51,343 bases of DNA from assembly GCF_001194135.2 (NCBI RefSeq), contig NC_069008.1:210799-262141 (forward strand). Reading direction: 5' to 3'. Under the pieces are notes generated by a model. That model was not told the DNA's origin, did no database searches, and saw nothing but the letters and a program-made list of their open reading frames with translations. Positions 37,735 through 51,343 of the stretch are shown here, in pieces (positions within the stretch are counted from its first letter, which is position 1; every line of letters begins with the position of its first letter). A program made the position numbers and the translations under genes. This DNA is from Octopus bimaculoides. Taxonomy: Eukaryota.

Positions 37735-37777
37735 CTGCAATGGAGGAAACAACAATAACAACAACAGCAATAATGAC

Positions 37778-37809
<32 letters not shown>

Positions 37810-38275
37810 CTGAGGAATGAGCAAGTGTCTCTGCTGTGCTGCACCTGCAATAGAGTGGACGAACCCATTGCCTGTATTACAAACGAATGTCCTAGACCCA
37901 CCCCTACAAGTTGTGGTGACACGATCAGGTAGTGAAACTGCTACATTGCAAACTGTGCCAAAAGTGGAGGTTAGAGAGAGGCAAAACATGGTCTGAGCAC
38001 AAACTGCAGAGTTGGAAACTAACAAAATCCCCTGGGATTTCCAAATCCAAACAGATCAGGTGCTAGGGCATAACAGACCGGACCTAGTGGTGGTGGACAA
38101 GATGCACCACATATGCTATATAGTTGATGTTGCATGCCCTGTTGACTCATGAATGGTCAAGAAGGAAGGCAAAAAGATAGACAGATACAACCCTATCAAG
38201 TACGAAATAGCCCGGCTATGGAAAATGAAGAAGGTGAAGATAGTGCCAATTATTGTTGGGTCCTTGAGAATGTCT
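37810..38275 (+). mobile_element. R4/Dong-like RLE retrotransposon C-terminal fragment
   Basis: KIPWDFQIQTDQVLGHNRPDLVVVDK...VDVACPVD...KIDRY...EIARLW...IVPIIVGSL. Confidence 0.85.
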
Positions 38276-38629
38276 CCCCCTTGTAAACATAAGGACATAA
38301 GAAATGTGTCAAGGCCGACAAGAAGCAGTGCAGTTTCCTAGGGCTAACCAACAGTAGTATTATTCCCTTCAGGGGACTGTCACATTAAGTTGACAGCATA
38401 CAACTACTTCATCGTGCTACTACTGCATAAATCTCTCTGAGAGATTTAGAAATGTATTATTTCCAAGTATCAGATAGTTGAAAAGAACAGATAGAATGGT
38501 AACACAGGCTACAGGCAGCAAGCCTGTTACACATGAAAGACTCCAACAAAACCTGCGATAAAAAGAAATAAGAATGATAATTATGCTTACTTATCGACCC
38601 ATCATGCTTGAATAATTCCAAGAAGGTGA

Positions 38630-38960
38630 AGAAAGAGGAAGAAGACCAAAATGAATACAATCCCTTACAAATTTGAAATAGGAAGAATTTGAAGCATGAG
38701 AAGAGTAAAGGTCATGTCTATAACAATTGGTGCTTTGGGAAGAGTAAGCGAAGATATAGAGAAATGGCTGAAGGGGATTGGAATAGAATGACCAGTAGAT
38801 CCCCTGCAGAAAGTTTGTCTCTTAGGGGCAGCAAGGATTATGAGGAGGGCTCTAAGCACTTGAAAGACTGCTGAAAACTTGTGGACACCTAAGGTTATAG
38901 GTAGTAACCCGCTACCCACATAAATCCTACCAAAAGTAAGACTGAACCTCAACCAAACCA
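38630..38960 (+). mobile_element. R4/Dong-like 3' end fragment
   Basis: Alternate frame reads VKVMSITIGALGRVSEDIEKWLKGIGIE...LQKVCLLGAARIMRRAL, followed by (AAT)n. Confidence 0.7.
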
Positions 38961-39269
38961 AAATAATAATAATAATAATAATAATAATCCTTTCTACTAT
39001 AAGCAAATGGCCTGAAATTTTACAGGAGGGGGATGAATCAATTACATCAACCCAAGTGCATAACTGGTACTTATTTTATCAACATCAAAAGGATGTAAAA
39101 CAAAATCAGCAGAATTTGTTTAATAATAATAATAATAATAATAATAAAGGTTTCAAATTTTGCCACAAGGGCAGCAATTTTGGTGCTTATTTCATCGACC
39201 CCGAAATGATGAAAAGCAAAATCGACCTTGGTGAAATTTGAACTTAGAATGTAGCAGTAGACAAATTCC

Positions 39270-39480
39270 CACTGAAAATGTATCCCTGTAATTATAGGAT
39301 CATTGGGAACTACCTCTAAAGATTTTGAACAAATGAATAGAGACATCAGCATTAAAGCATAAGACCATTTCTGGAGCTTTTGTTTTCTGTAGCTGCAGAA
39401 AACAGTGTTCTTAGTGACAGCCAGGTTGCTTTGTGAGATTCTTGGCATTTAAGGTTATTTGCTGTTGTCCGATGGTAGGA
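39270..39480 (+). mobile_element. R4/Dong-like 3' end fragment
   Basis: IPVIIGSLGT ... LQKTVFLVTARLLCEILGI*. Confidence 0.65.
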
Positions 39481-39509
39481 ATTTTCCTAACAGTCTAATT
39501 TGTCATACA

Positions 39510-39690
39510 GGCTCAGGAATGGCTGTGTGTTCAGATGCTTGCTTCCCAGCCACATGATTCCAGGTTCAGTGCCACTGCATGACACCTTGGGCAAGTATCT
39601 TCTACTATAGCCTAAGGCTGACCGAAGCCTTGTGAGTGGATTTGGTAGGCGGAAACTGAAAGAAGCTTGTCATATGTGTATATATATATG

Positions 39691-39723
<33 letters not shown>

Positions 39724-39925
39724 CTTCCCCCTACCCCACCATTGCTTGACAACTGGTGCTGGTGTGTTTATATCCCCAAAACTTAGAGGTTCGGCAAAAG
39801 AGACCAATAGAATAAGTACTAAGCTTACAAAGAATTAGTCCTGGGGTCGATTTCTTCAACTAAAACCCTTTAAGGCAGTGCTCCAGCATGGCCACAGTCA
39901 AATGACTGAAACATATAAAAGAATA
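39510..39925 (+). mobile_element. Full-length SINE family B
   Basis: Same head, CORE-like segment and tail as 14080-14460. Confidence 0.75.
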
Positions 39926-40033
39926 AGGAAGAGTAACAACAACAGCAAAAATAATAATAAAAGTAATTAACCCTAATGTTTAATTAATTCAAATAAAATA
40001 CTTAATATGAACAAAACTGAAAAAAGAACTTAC

Positions 40034-40201
40034 TGGGTCGAACTATTGCATGTGTGGTTCGGACCCTTATATCAGGATAATGACAAACCCTTCGGGGTCG
40101 CTGTTTTATATTTAGAACCAGTTCAGAGCTGGATGTGACCGACAGGAATGATGTGTTCTGATTGGTGAATGTGAACTCCAAGAGCTTCCAATGGTGAAAA
40201 T
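40034..40201 (-). CDS. TGF-beta ligand middle exon, prodomain (FHHWKLLEFTF...HAIVRP)
   Basis: Minus-strand ttcctttgccag acceptor and gtaagt donor; 168 nt, phase 1 to 1; joins the flanking exons without stops. Confidence 0.8.
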
Positions 40202-40309
40202 CTGGCAAAGGAATGGAAAAATGGAAATTTGGTTTAAACAGGAAGAAGGACAAATGTGGTTGGGAAAATAATTTCTTGTTTCATTTCTCTGTCTACCCAT
40301 CTATCTACC

Positions 40310-41050
40310 CATCTTGACTCTCAAGCCACTACTGTGGAAGCTGGTGACGCTGAGGGGCATCACGCAAGAACTGGGATGTGGGACGAGCGTGTCTGCATAC
40401 GCTGACAATGTCACCATTGTAGTGTCTAGCCAGAAGGACATGGAGCTGGTTGGCGAAACACTGCAAGACTACAAAGCAGCAACAGGAGTGAAAATCAACT
40501 TGGAAAAGTCGGTGGGTTTGCGGCTCTGCACCTGGAGAAGCAAGCCCATGCTTGTGGGTCACTGGACCAACAGACCGGTTAAACTGCTCAGGGTCTGGTT
40601 CAGTCCAGACCTCCAAATGGAGAAGAACTGGGACGAGTTAACGGGTAGGGTGGCCACCCTAACCCTAACCCTAACCCTAACCCTAACCCAGCAATGGGCC
40701 AAGAGAAAGCTATTTCTAAAAGGTCGGGTTGAGGTAGTGAATGTGTACATTGTATCCGTCATCTGCTACTGTCTGACCGTCAGGCCTTGTCCCGACCCTA
40801 CCATCACAAAACTGGAATGCATACTCTTCTGCCTTTTGTAGAAGTGAAGCATTCCGGTGGTCAGGCGATCCATTTGCTGCTAACATTCGCTAAATGGAGG
40901 GCTGGGCATGCACTGAGACTGCAACAACTCCAGCATTCCATAGACGATAGTGAACAGGTGTGGTTGCCATTTGTTGAGCTGGCTGTGACCAGTGAGTTTC
41001 TGGGATGGATGATAATGACTACACCACATCCCAAAAATCTAGCACAGGTG
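40310..41050 (+). mobile_element. Decayed L1/Tx1-clade LINE reverse transcriptase fragment
   Basis: SAYADNV (YADD-like), KINLEKS, KLFLKGRVEVVN, GGLGM motifs. Confidence 0.85.
40657..40689. repeat. Interstitial telomere-type repeat (CCCTAA)5
   Basis: Five perfect CCCTAA units plus CCC inside the RT coding remnant. Confidence 0.9.
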
Positions 41051-41117
41051 TAAAAATGCATCGAAACAATTGTAGAGATTTAAAATAAAAAATATTATTC
41101 AATATATATTCTATCAG

Positions 41118-41161
<44 letters not shown>

Positions 41162-42096
41162 ATACTTGGGTGTCTGTGTTTGTCTCCCCACCATCATTTG
41201 AGAACCAATGTAGGTGTGTTGACTAAGTGGTTCAGAAAAAGAGACCAACAAAATAAGAACAAGGCTTACAAAGATGGCTTCAGTCAAATGACTGAAACAA
41301 ATAAAAGAATAAAACAATAAAATAATATATATATATATTTACTTTTATTCTTTTTCTTGTTTCAGTCATTTGACTGTGGCCATGCTGGAGCACCACCTCA
41401 AAGGATTTTAGTTGAAGAAATTAACCCCAGGACTTATTCTTTGTAAAGCTAGTACTTACTCTATCGGTGGCTTTGACTGAACTGCTAAGTCACAGAGATA
41501 TATATATATATATGCTTGGCGAAAAGCTGAACAACTTGCATAAGTAATAGGTTTATACGGATCGAATGTTCCTGCCACATATTAGCTCCTTCCCTCCATC
41601 AAATTGATGTCACCTGAACGGGTGTGCACGGTGTGCCATGCCTCAGGTGTTGAAGCGACTGCAGTGCAATGTGAGATGAAGTGTTTTGCTCAAGAACACA
41701 ACGCACCACCTGGTCTAAGAATTGAAACCATGACCTTGTGATCATTAGTGCAACACACACACGCACACATATGCACATGTATAAAAGAACTCACATGCAA
41801 CTTTGCGCGTGTGTGTGTTTCTTCTGTGATGGAAATATGTATGTCAACTAAAGAATAATATTTGTGTCCCACCCCACCTCGCACCGTTCCCACCCTCCTC
41901 CCCGCTGTTTTCATCATGTGATCACGGTGACAACTAATCAACACTACAGAGAAGGGGGTGGGGGAACTTGTTTTCCTGTACTCTGTTGAGGGTGTCAGGG
42001 GTGGTGAGAGTGGTGGCAAACCAGCCTGGCCTGCTCTTTGCAACATGAATGTGACAGTTCATGTCTAAAATTATATATACATAGATCTACAGATAG

Positions 42097-42146
<50 letters not shown>

Positions 42147-42812
42147 NNNNNNNNNNNNNNNNNNNNNNNNNNNNNNNNNNNNNNNNNNNNNNNNNNNNNN
42201 NNNNNNNNNNNNNNNNNNNNNNNNNNNNNNNNNNNNNNNNNNNNNNNNNNNNNNNNNNNNNNNNNNNNNNNNNNNNNNNNNNNNNNNNNNNNNNNNNNNN
42301 NNNNNNNNNNNNNNNNNNNNNNNNNNNNNNNNNNNNNNNNNNNNNNNNNNNNNNNNNNNNNNNNNNNNNNNNNNNNNNNNNNNNNNNNNNNNNNNNNNNN
42401 NNNNNNNNNNNNNNNNNNNNNNNNNNNNNNNNNNNNNNNNNNNNNNNNNNNNNNNNNNNNNNNNNNNNNNNNNNNNNNNNNNNNNNNNNNNNNNNNNNNN
42501 NNNNNNNNNNNNNNNNNNNNNNNNNNNNNNNNNNNNNNNNNNNNNNNNNNNNNNNNNNNNNNNNNNNNNNNNNNNNNNNNNNNNNNNNNNNNNNNNNNNN
42601 NNNNNNNNNNNNNNNNNNNNNNNNNNNNNNNNNNNNNNNNNNNNNNNNNNNNNNNNNNNNNNNNNNNNNNNNNNNNNNNNNNNNNNNNNNNNNNNNNNNN
42701 NNNNNNNNNNNNNNNNNNNNNNNNNNNNNNNNNNNNNNNNNNNNNNNNNNNNNNNNNNNNNNNNNNNNNNNNNNNNNNNNNNNNNNNNNNNNNNNNNNNN
42801 NNNNNNNNNNNN

Positions 42813-44222
42813 CGGGTGATGTGGGTTATGGTCTTGTCACCCACATCGAAAATCAGGTGGTTCATGAAGGAGTCCTACCCAATGACTGGTGTAACAGCAC
42901 CATAGTCAACTGCTACAAAGGTAAAGGTGATGCCTTAGATAGAAATAATTACAGAGGTATCAAATTGTTGGATCAGGTGATGGATCAGTTAGGGAGAGGG
43001 TTATAACCCGACTAATTAGGGAGAGAGTTAGACTAGATGAGATGCAGTTTGGTTTGTACCAGGGAGAAGCACCACTGATGCTATATTTCTGGTAAGACAG
43101 CTGCAGGAGAAATACATAGCCAAAGATAAACTTCTGTACCTGGCTTTTGTTGACTTGGAGAAAGCCTTGGACAGGGTCCCCCAATCCCTTATTTGATGGT
43201 CAATGTGGAAACTGGGGATTGACAAATGGTTGGTGAAAGCTGTACAAGCCATGTACAGGAATGCTGTCAGTAAGGTGAGGGTTGGCAGTGAGTAAAGTGA
43301 AGAATTCCAGGTAGAAGTAGGGGTTCCCCAAGGATCAGTGCTCAGCTCCCGCTTGTTCCTCATAGTCCTCCAGGCAATAACAAAGGAATTCAAGACAGGC
43401 TGCCCCTGGGAGCTCCTTTATGCTGATGACCTTGGTCTTATAGCTGAATCACTTTCTGGACCAGAGACGTTCCAGGTATGGAAGCAAGGTCTAGAATCAA
43501 AGGACCTTAGAGTTAAACTAGCAAAAGTCTTAGTTAGCAGGAAGGCAGACAAATCGCAGATGTCTTCAGGTAGATGGCCCTCCTTGACCTGTAAAAAAAT
43601 ATCGTAGGCAGAAACTTCACAAGACACACTCAGCGTAAGCTTTGAACACACAAAAAGTGCAGCAATATCAGAGGAAGGCTAATAGGGAAAATGGTTTTCG
43701 TATGTGGAAGATGCACATGTATAATAAACACTGAAATGTACAGAAAATAGACTCCATCAACTGCCAGAGGGGCAAGCGAGAGGGAGTAGACAACTTCGTT
43801 TATCTAGGTGACCAGGTGAGTAGTGGAGGTGGATGCCCTGAGAGCAAAGCTGTTAGAATACGAATAGGCTGGCAACAAAGGACCTCTCTCTCAGAGTGAA
43901 AGGCAGATTGTAGGATGCATGTGTGTGAACAGTCGTGTTATACAGCAGTGGCACATGGGCTGTGACAGCTGAGGACATACAGAGGCTTGAAAGAAATGAA
44001 GCCAGTATGCTTCGCTGGTTGTGCAGTGTCAGTGTGCATGTTCGACAGAGTGTAAGCATCTTGAGAGAAAGGTTGAAGATGAGAGGCATCAGATGTGGTG
44101 TGCAAGGGAGACGACTGTGCTGGTATGGTCATGTGATGCGTATGGACGAGGACTGATGTGTAAAGAAGTGCCGATCTCTAACTGTGGAGGGGACCAGTGG
44201 TAGAGGTAGACCCTGGAAGACT
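42813..44222 (+). mobile_element. RTE-clade LINE, RT domain to C-terminus, decayed
   Basis: NYRGIKLL, MQFGF.PGRSTTDAIF, AFVDLEKALDRV, VGVPQGSVLS, LLYADDL, R.RRL.WYGHV.R, GRGRP. Confidence 0.9.
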
Positions 44223-44329
44223 TTTACTAGAAGAGGATTTATTGCGCTGTTTTTGTCTACGTAACCATTTAATTTAAACAGAGAAAATAATTAATGAGAG
44301 TCATCACATTCATTAAGATACTAATTACA

Positions 44330-44740
44330 AAATGTTTGTCATCTATCACGATTATGTTCATTATGCTTTTGCAATAAGCAGGGCCCCCAATTACTTGAAT
44401 TTCTGTTTTCATAATCCTCATAATGTCCGGTTCACTTGATGCCTTCCTTTGTGACTTTCTTGGACTCTTGGATAAGGAGTCTCTTACATTTTGGATATTT
44501 TCGTGGTTTCTCATAGCTTTTGGTCTTTCTTGTCATGGAGTGTCCCTCACTAATTCTGCTGCATGAAATTTTTGGGTCAGTCCTTAAATTTCTCAACAAC
44601 TTAGTGGAATCGCATCAGGAAATTCTTCTTGAAATTTTGTTTTTACTTCATCCTTGTTCTTACCGATCCCAAACCAGTTTCCGTCATAATAAAAATTCTT
44701 TGTTCCAAAGTAATCATTGATTAGCAGCCGCCATGTCTGG
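44330..44740 (-). mobile_element. Tc1/mariner-superfamily transposase remnant (DUF4817-type N-terminus)
   Basis: VKTKFQEEFPDAIP...KF....V.D...RP...RNHENIQNVRDSLSKSPRKSQRKASSE. Confidence 0.7.
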
Positions 44741-45114
44741 AATGGAAATAAATTCGTAATGTTTGGGTAAGGTAAGTTTTGAGACCCAATTGTTAATATA
44801 TATGTGTGTGTATATGTGTATGTGTATAGTGAAGGCACATGGCCTGGTGGTTAGGTCATGAGTTCAATTCCCAGCGACATGCTTTGTCCTTCAGCAAGAC
44901 ACTTCATTTCCTGTTGCCCCAATCCATTCAGCTGTCAAAGATGTGTAGCATTTATATTTCAAAAGGGGAAACCTTGTCACACTGTGTCATGCCGAATCTC
45001 CCTAAGAACAACGTTAAGGGTACACCTATCTGTGGAGTGCTCAGCCACTTGCGCATTAATTTCACGAGCAGGCTGTTCTGTTGATTGGATCTTGCAGGAT
45101 GAGACTCGTCTTTT

Positions 45115-45350
45115 AGGCTGTAGTTTCCAGCTCAGAATTTCTGGGATCATTGTTGGCACCGGCCTATGCTTAATGTCCGATCCCCATATATTCTGCATTG
45201 ATATTCTTCACACTTTCTGTTGCATTGTTGCCTTCATTAAAGTCATAAAGCAAAATGTGCCGAATATGCTTCTTTGTCACTTCCATTATAGCTTTGAAAA
45301 GATAACTGTTAAAATCAAACTGCACTCTTCAAAACTTGCACTACGAATAA
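45115..45350 (-). mobile_element. mariner transposase N-terminal (HTH) remnant
   Basis: MEVTKKHIRHILLYDFNEGNNATESVKNIN...DRTLS...KF.AGNYSLKDE across a frameshift. Confidence 0.8.
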
Positions 45351-45581
45351 GGACAAGGTAAAATTATTACCTGCTTTTATAACAAGTTGATGCAGGTAGT
45401 TTATCCTGTCTCCCTCTGAGTTTTAGTTCATGCAATTGAAAATCCCACATTAGTATCTATGGGATGACCCAATAGGTATATATATATATATATATATATA
45501 TATGCCACCCATGCTAGCATGGAACACGGACATTAAATGATGATGATGATGATGAGAGATATGTAGATGCATATATATATA

Positions 45582-45623
<42 letters not shown>

Positions 45624-45776
45624 CATACATACATACATACATACATACATACATACATACACACACATATATATATATATATGCATATGGGTGTGTGTGT
45701 GTGTATCTGTGGAGAGTGTATGTTTATGCATGTATATTTATACATATATACATGCTCACATATTCACACATACACC

Positions 45777-45808
<32 letters not shown>

Positions 45809-46716
45809 TAAATGACAGGTGAGAGGAGAGTTCTGCAACTTCTTGCTGAACGAGCTGCACAAATGATTTATTTATAGGGTTCAAATATTTGTGCTTTACA
45901 TCAGCCTACTTCCTCCATCAAATTGACATTACCTGTTCAGGTGTTCAGGTGTAGCATATACTTGGTGTCAAAATGCTCCTGAAGCAACATGAAATGAAGT
46001 ATTGTATTATGAAGAAGAGTGCAATGCCCCATCGAGGGAGTGAATTGAAAGCACAATTGTTGTTATTTATGTGTGGACAATTCTGGACTTGTGAAGCCCT
46101 GTCGAACCAAGTGAAATTGTAGTCATGGTCAACGCCAGTGCCGTCTGACTGGCACCCATGCCAGTGCCATGTAAAAAGCACTGTTCATGCACTGTGGGCC
46201 TCATGGAGGTAGTGACATCAAGCAAAGTGAGATTGTAGTTGCAACCAATGCCAGTTTCACATAACCGGCCCATTAAAAGTACCCTTCAATTGTTGGGTGA
46301 TCTGCTGTGCTTGTGAAGACCTGACAAACCAAGTGAAATTGTGGCTGATGCCAGTGCTAGCTGACTGGTACCTGCGCCAGTGGCATGTAAAAAAACACCA
46401 TTTGAAAATTGGGCTTCACGGTGGCAGTGACAGGTAAACAAGACCCTTGGTGATATACCATACTTGTGTGGACCTGTCCAGCTGAGACCATAGTGGTGGC
46501 TGGTGCCAGTGGCACGTAAAAGGCACCCACTACACTCTCACAGTGGCTGGCATAAGAAAGGGCATCCAGCCATTGAAACCTTACCAAATCAGATCAGAAC
46601 CTGGTGCAGCCCCTGACCCCAGCTCACCAGTTTTCGGTCAAATTGTCCAACCCATGCCATGTTAAATGATGATGACTATGATTCTGGAAGGTTTTGTAAC
46701 AAATTTCAGCATTAAG

Positions 46717-46761
<45 letters not shown>

Positions 46762-46929
46762 TAATAATCATTATCCTTTCTACTAGAAGCACAAGGCCTC
46801 AAATTTGGGAGAAGGGAGTAAGTCAATAACATCGACCCCAGTGCATAACTGGTACTTATTCAATTGGCCCCGAAAAGATGAAAGGCAAAGTCGACCTCAG
46901 CGGAATTTGAACTCAGAACATAAAGACAA

Positions 46930-47095
46930 AGTATCAGAGCACCGAATGCCAGATATAGTAACCTTTAGGTGCGACAAACAAAAGGGCCTAATAATTGATG
47001 GGAGCAGTACCAGGAGATCAACAGATCATCATGAAAGAAAAAGTTGATAAATTTGGAGACCTGAGAATTGGGACTGCTAAGATATGGAAGCTATG
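46930..47095 (+). mobile_element. R4/Dong-like endonuclease fragment
   Basis: EHRMPDIV...GLIID.AVPGD...KF.DLRI..AKIWK. Confidence 0.6.
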
Positions 47096-49950
47096 AGTGT
47101 GTGTGTGTGTGTGTGTGTATGTAAGTATGTAGGTAGATAGGTCGGTATGCATGTATGCATCTGTGTGTCAATGTATGTGTGTATAAATTTGTATGTATGT
47201 ATGTGTGTGTATGTATGTGTGCATGTGTGTGTACATGTATGCATGCAGGAATGTGTGTGTGTGTGTGTGCCAAATGAAGACCTATAGTGCTGATGCAAAG
47301 GTTCACACACTGCATTTCCCGCCATTTTCATCATGTGATCACAATGACAAGCAGTCAACACTCCAGAGAAGGGGTCGGGGAGGTATTGGCATGTTCCATT
47401 GATGGTGTTAGGGGGTATTAGGAAGGCAGGTTGGCTTACTGCTTGCTACATCTATGTGAGTGTTAATATATGTACGTTCACACCAACATACACACACACA
47501 TGCATATAAGTATATAAATACTTACTGTATAGTTAGATGGATGCATACGCACACACACACACACACACAGTGTGTGGACAGTATTCGTTCATTAATTTTA
47601 CACCATATTTCTTTTTTTGACTTTCGTTGTCGGACATAGTGGGACTGTACCAGTCATTACAGATGGAATCTTGTTTACTAAACATAATGCTTTGGTGGGA
47701 ATTACATAGAGATGAGGCATTCTTTTATTCTTATATTCTTTTATTTGTTTCAGTTATGTGACTGCTGCCATGCTGGAGCACTGCCTTTAGTTGAACAAAT
47801 CGATCCCAGGACTTATTCTTTCTAAGCCTAGTATTTATTCTATTGGTGTCTTTTGCCGAACCACTAAGTTACGGGGAGATGAAGACACATTAACATACAA
47901 ACATTGGTTGTCAAGCGATGGTGGTGGTGGGGAGACAAATACAGACACACACACACACACACATATCTAAATATATACACACCAATATCATCATCATCAT
48001 TTAACATCTATTTCCTATGCTGGCATAGGTTGAACTGTTTGGCGTGATCCGACAAGTTATGGGGCCAGTGTCAGGTTCAAGTCTCACCTTGAGCAAGGTT
48101 TCTACAACTGGATGTCCTTTATTATGGCAAACATCTTACAGTGTGGACCAGGAGCCTTTTCTCGTGACACCAAGAACCATGATGTCACCAAGTAGCTTGC
48201 GAGACAAAGAAAGGGGACAGAAAATGGAAAAAAGCTCCTTCACAATGAATGGGGTTGTTTTCTGAGAAAGGGAAGTGGTTTCATGTGAGGTATTGAATGC
48301 TGAAATATGAGAGAAGGATAAGCAAAGGGGTCTTGTTGTAAAGGGACACATGGTTACCTTGCATTAAATGAAGGCGGGTGAGAATAACAGAAAGGTAAAG
48401 AAAGGTGGTTATGATGGGCTGAACACACGGGGCAGGTGTTAGAATAACAATCTGAGTCATACCTCAATTAAAGGTGAAGATAATTGGCTTAGATTAAAAT
48501 AATAATTAGCATGCAATTATGTGTCAGGTAAGAATTGCTTTTCAGTCATTTCTCGTTCTTTAGATTTCTTTTGATCTCTAGACAATTGAAGATTTCTGTG
48601 AGAAAGAACATTATACTAATGGTTTTGTTTGTGGGAATGAACCTGTCAAAGAATTAGGGAAGACGTCCGTTACAAAAGCCTGGGATCACAAAGTCGTAAG
48701 GTAAACATAACAAAGAAAGAAACTTAACGAGTTAGATGAGAGAAAACCCAGAAAAGGTAAAAGAGCAGAGTTTGGATGTCATCTTGTGTGCATCTGTTGT
48801 AAAGGTGGACGAGGATCCACCAGAAAGGAAACTGAAAGAGGAAGAAGTTTGTCATGGCTGCACAACAATGGTTAACAGTAAAAACATTTAAGAAGTAAAT
48901 TTTTGTTAATTCTCTCGGTAAGACAGAGCATCTCGTATCCATGTTGTCTTATTACTAGAATACGATGGCACCAAAGAAGATGGAAGACAGAGTAAGAAAG
49001 AACAAAATGGAAATGGTTCAGGGCTTCGTTAATTTTGCTTGCTGAAAAAAAGGCTTCGTTAAGAATAGATTGTTGATGTTTGCGGACACAGTCTAAAGTT
49101 GCTTTGGAACAAAACTAGAGAATTCAGTGAGGAGATGGTGTGGAGGTGGCAAAAGAATTGAGACAAGATTCCATAGCAATGTGTAAGGTTTGTGTGAATG
49201 AGGGATGGAGTGTGAAAGAAGATGAGAGAAAAACTGAGAGGAAGGGGATCTGTGTGTGTGTGTGTGTGAGAGAGAAGATTGATTCCCAAATGGCTTTTCT
49301 CGGACACAAGTGGATGGCCATCATGTATGTATGTATCCATCCATCAATACATCTATCTATCACCGTCTGCCTGTGTATTTCTGTCTGTCTGTATGTCTGT
49401 CTATCTGTAGCCATGTAATCAATGTATGTTTGTATGCATGAATGTACATATGTGTGTGTGTAGCTTTGTGTCTCTACTTACCCCCCCCCTACACACACAC
49501 ACACACACGTGTGCCATGACCACCACTTGACAACTGGTGTTGGTTTGGTTGTGAACCTGAATTTCGTGTTTGCTGATGGTGCCACACAGTGGGACTGAAC
49601 CTGGAACCATGTGGTTGGGACTTAATCACACAGCCATAGCTACACATGTTCGTTAAAAATCGGTTGTTAGAACAATCCTGCAAAACTATTTCTGTAAATA
49701 TTTTCGTTAAATCAGGTACAACTGCACTTGGCTGCTTCCACTGAATAACCTGTAAGTTCTTTGCACACAGACACACACGCACGCGCGCACACACACACAC
49801 ACACATATACACACACGCACATACACATGTGCATGCGTGTGTGAGTGTGTGTGCACATATAAATCTATTTCTATATATAATTTTGTATCGAGAGGTCTGT
49901 GTGTATATTTGTATACATGCATATAGACTATCTGTGTCTATGGTAGGTAT

Positions 49951-50037
<87 letters not shown>

Positions 50038-50262
50038 TAATATATGTATGCATATACATATATAAATATATATATAGAGATATATATATACATATATATA
50101 GATATATATACATAATATATATACATATACATATATATATACACATATATATAGATATATATATATATATATACATACATACATACATACATATATATAC
50201 ATATATATAAGTATATACACATATCAATATGTAAATACATATATATACATCTATATATACAT

Positions 50263-50374
<112 letters not shown>

Positions 50375-50689
50375 TAGCAGTTGTCAATGGAGGGAGATGT
50401 TGGCTGATGTTGACAAGCAGTTGCAATGTTTATACAACTCTATGACACAATGCTAAATGAACGCAGGGCCTCCCGTGTGAAAAACTGTCTTCAATGAACG
50501 AGACCAACAAAAAGCTGGCAGTTTATGCATCCTCCTGTACTTCCCCAAGCCACATGTTGTTCCTTTCATTGAGTCAACCCCCAACTGTTGTCAAACAAAC
50601 AGAATTAGGGGCTTCCTTTAGTCACTGAATCAGAAAAAAAGGGCTGGTGCACCATTCAATAGTGTCTGGTAAATGTAGGAAAGACACTT

Positions 50690-51057
50690 TAGAATGTGTA
50701 GTTCTAGATAAACTTAGGTCTGAAGAGCAGTAAGGATGGTCATAGATAGAGCGTCTTTGAATGTTAGTTAATTAGATCAGAATTAATTAGATAAGGGATG
50801 AACATATTGGATAATGCGGTCCTAGATACACTATGCCGGAATAAAAGACAGGATGGTCATGGCTGGAACATCTTTAATCTGTCTGGACTGGGACTGACCT
50901 GGGGCTGAACAACAACAGACAAGGATGTATGAGATAATGTAGTCCTAGATACACTATGACTTAATAAAAGACAGGATGGTCACAACTGGAACATCTTTGA
51001 TCATAGGTTGGCTGGATCAGGACTGACTTGGGGCTAAAACAACAACAACAACAAACA
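50690..51057 (+). repeat. Head-to-tail family D repeats (two clear units plus one degenerate unit)
   Basis: GATAATG..GTCCTAGATACACTATG...GACTGAC.TGGGGCT.AACAACAAC occurs twice, with ~125-bp periodicity. Confidence 0.75.
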
Positions 51058-51146
51058 TCACAGGTAAATCATTTCCTGCTGGAGCAACTAATGAAGTTTT
51101 CCAATTAATTTCTCACCTGAAAACTTTAAAATGAAAAATGACTTAC

Positions 51147-51343
51147 GGCTTTTTGATAATAATCCTTTAATTAGTGGTCGGACAGTTTCCGTGGTAACAG
51201 TAGCAGTGGCGGCGGCGGCGCCAAGGCTAGCCAAGGGATCGTACTCCTCGACTAGGGTCTCCTCAATCTGTTTCACATACTCAAACAGGTCCAATATGTA
51301 CTGAGGGATCTTCTCCTTTTCGTCCTCCCGACTCCTTTGTGCC
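51147..51343 (-). CDS. TGF-beta ligand upstream prodomain exon, 5'-partial (…EKIPQYILDLFEYVKQ…TETVRPLIKGLLSKS)
   Basis: IPQYILDLF matches the TGF-beta propeptide PxYMLDLY motif, and TETVRP matches the xNTVRSF motif. gtaagt donor in phase 1. Confidence 0.85.

Noticed and set aside
38457-38560. Strong minus-strand acceptor as another TGF-beta exon
   Set aside because: The required phase-1 frame hits a stop within 9 codons, and the 40034-40201 exon already joins cleanly.

Overview
Repeat-rich, AT-rich eukaryotic genomic DNA with scaffold N-gaps. The abundant (AT)n/(AC)n/(ATT)n microsatellites and tRNA-derived SINE families look like a coleoid cephalopod, most likely Octopus; this is pattern recognition, not a database result. 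Two convergent genes were reconstructed by hand from GT-AG sites and intron phases. (1) On +, the 3' part of a coiled-coil, FAM186-like gene: 17 visible exons from 1988 to the stop at 29948, with one exon probably lost in the 19.7-20.3 kb gap. (2) On -, a three-exon TGF-beta superfamily ligand (51343-51147, 40201-40034, 37734-36983) whose start lies beyond the window. Its mature domain has only six cysteines, and the dimerisation Cys codon is TAT (Tyr), one A-to-I edit away from Cys. Introns are filled with decayed CR1-, Tx1-, RTE- and R4/Dong-type LINEs, mariner/Tc1 remnants, MITEs and SINEs. Four minimal hammerhead-ribozyme motifs of Penelope-like type and several large fold-back inverted repeats lie in the introns of gene 1. 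Most ORFs in the supplied track are microsatellite or N-gap artefacts.
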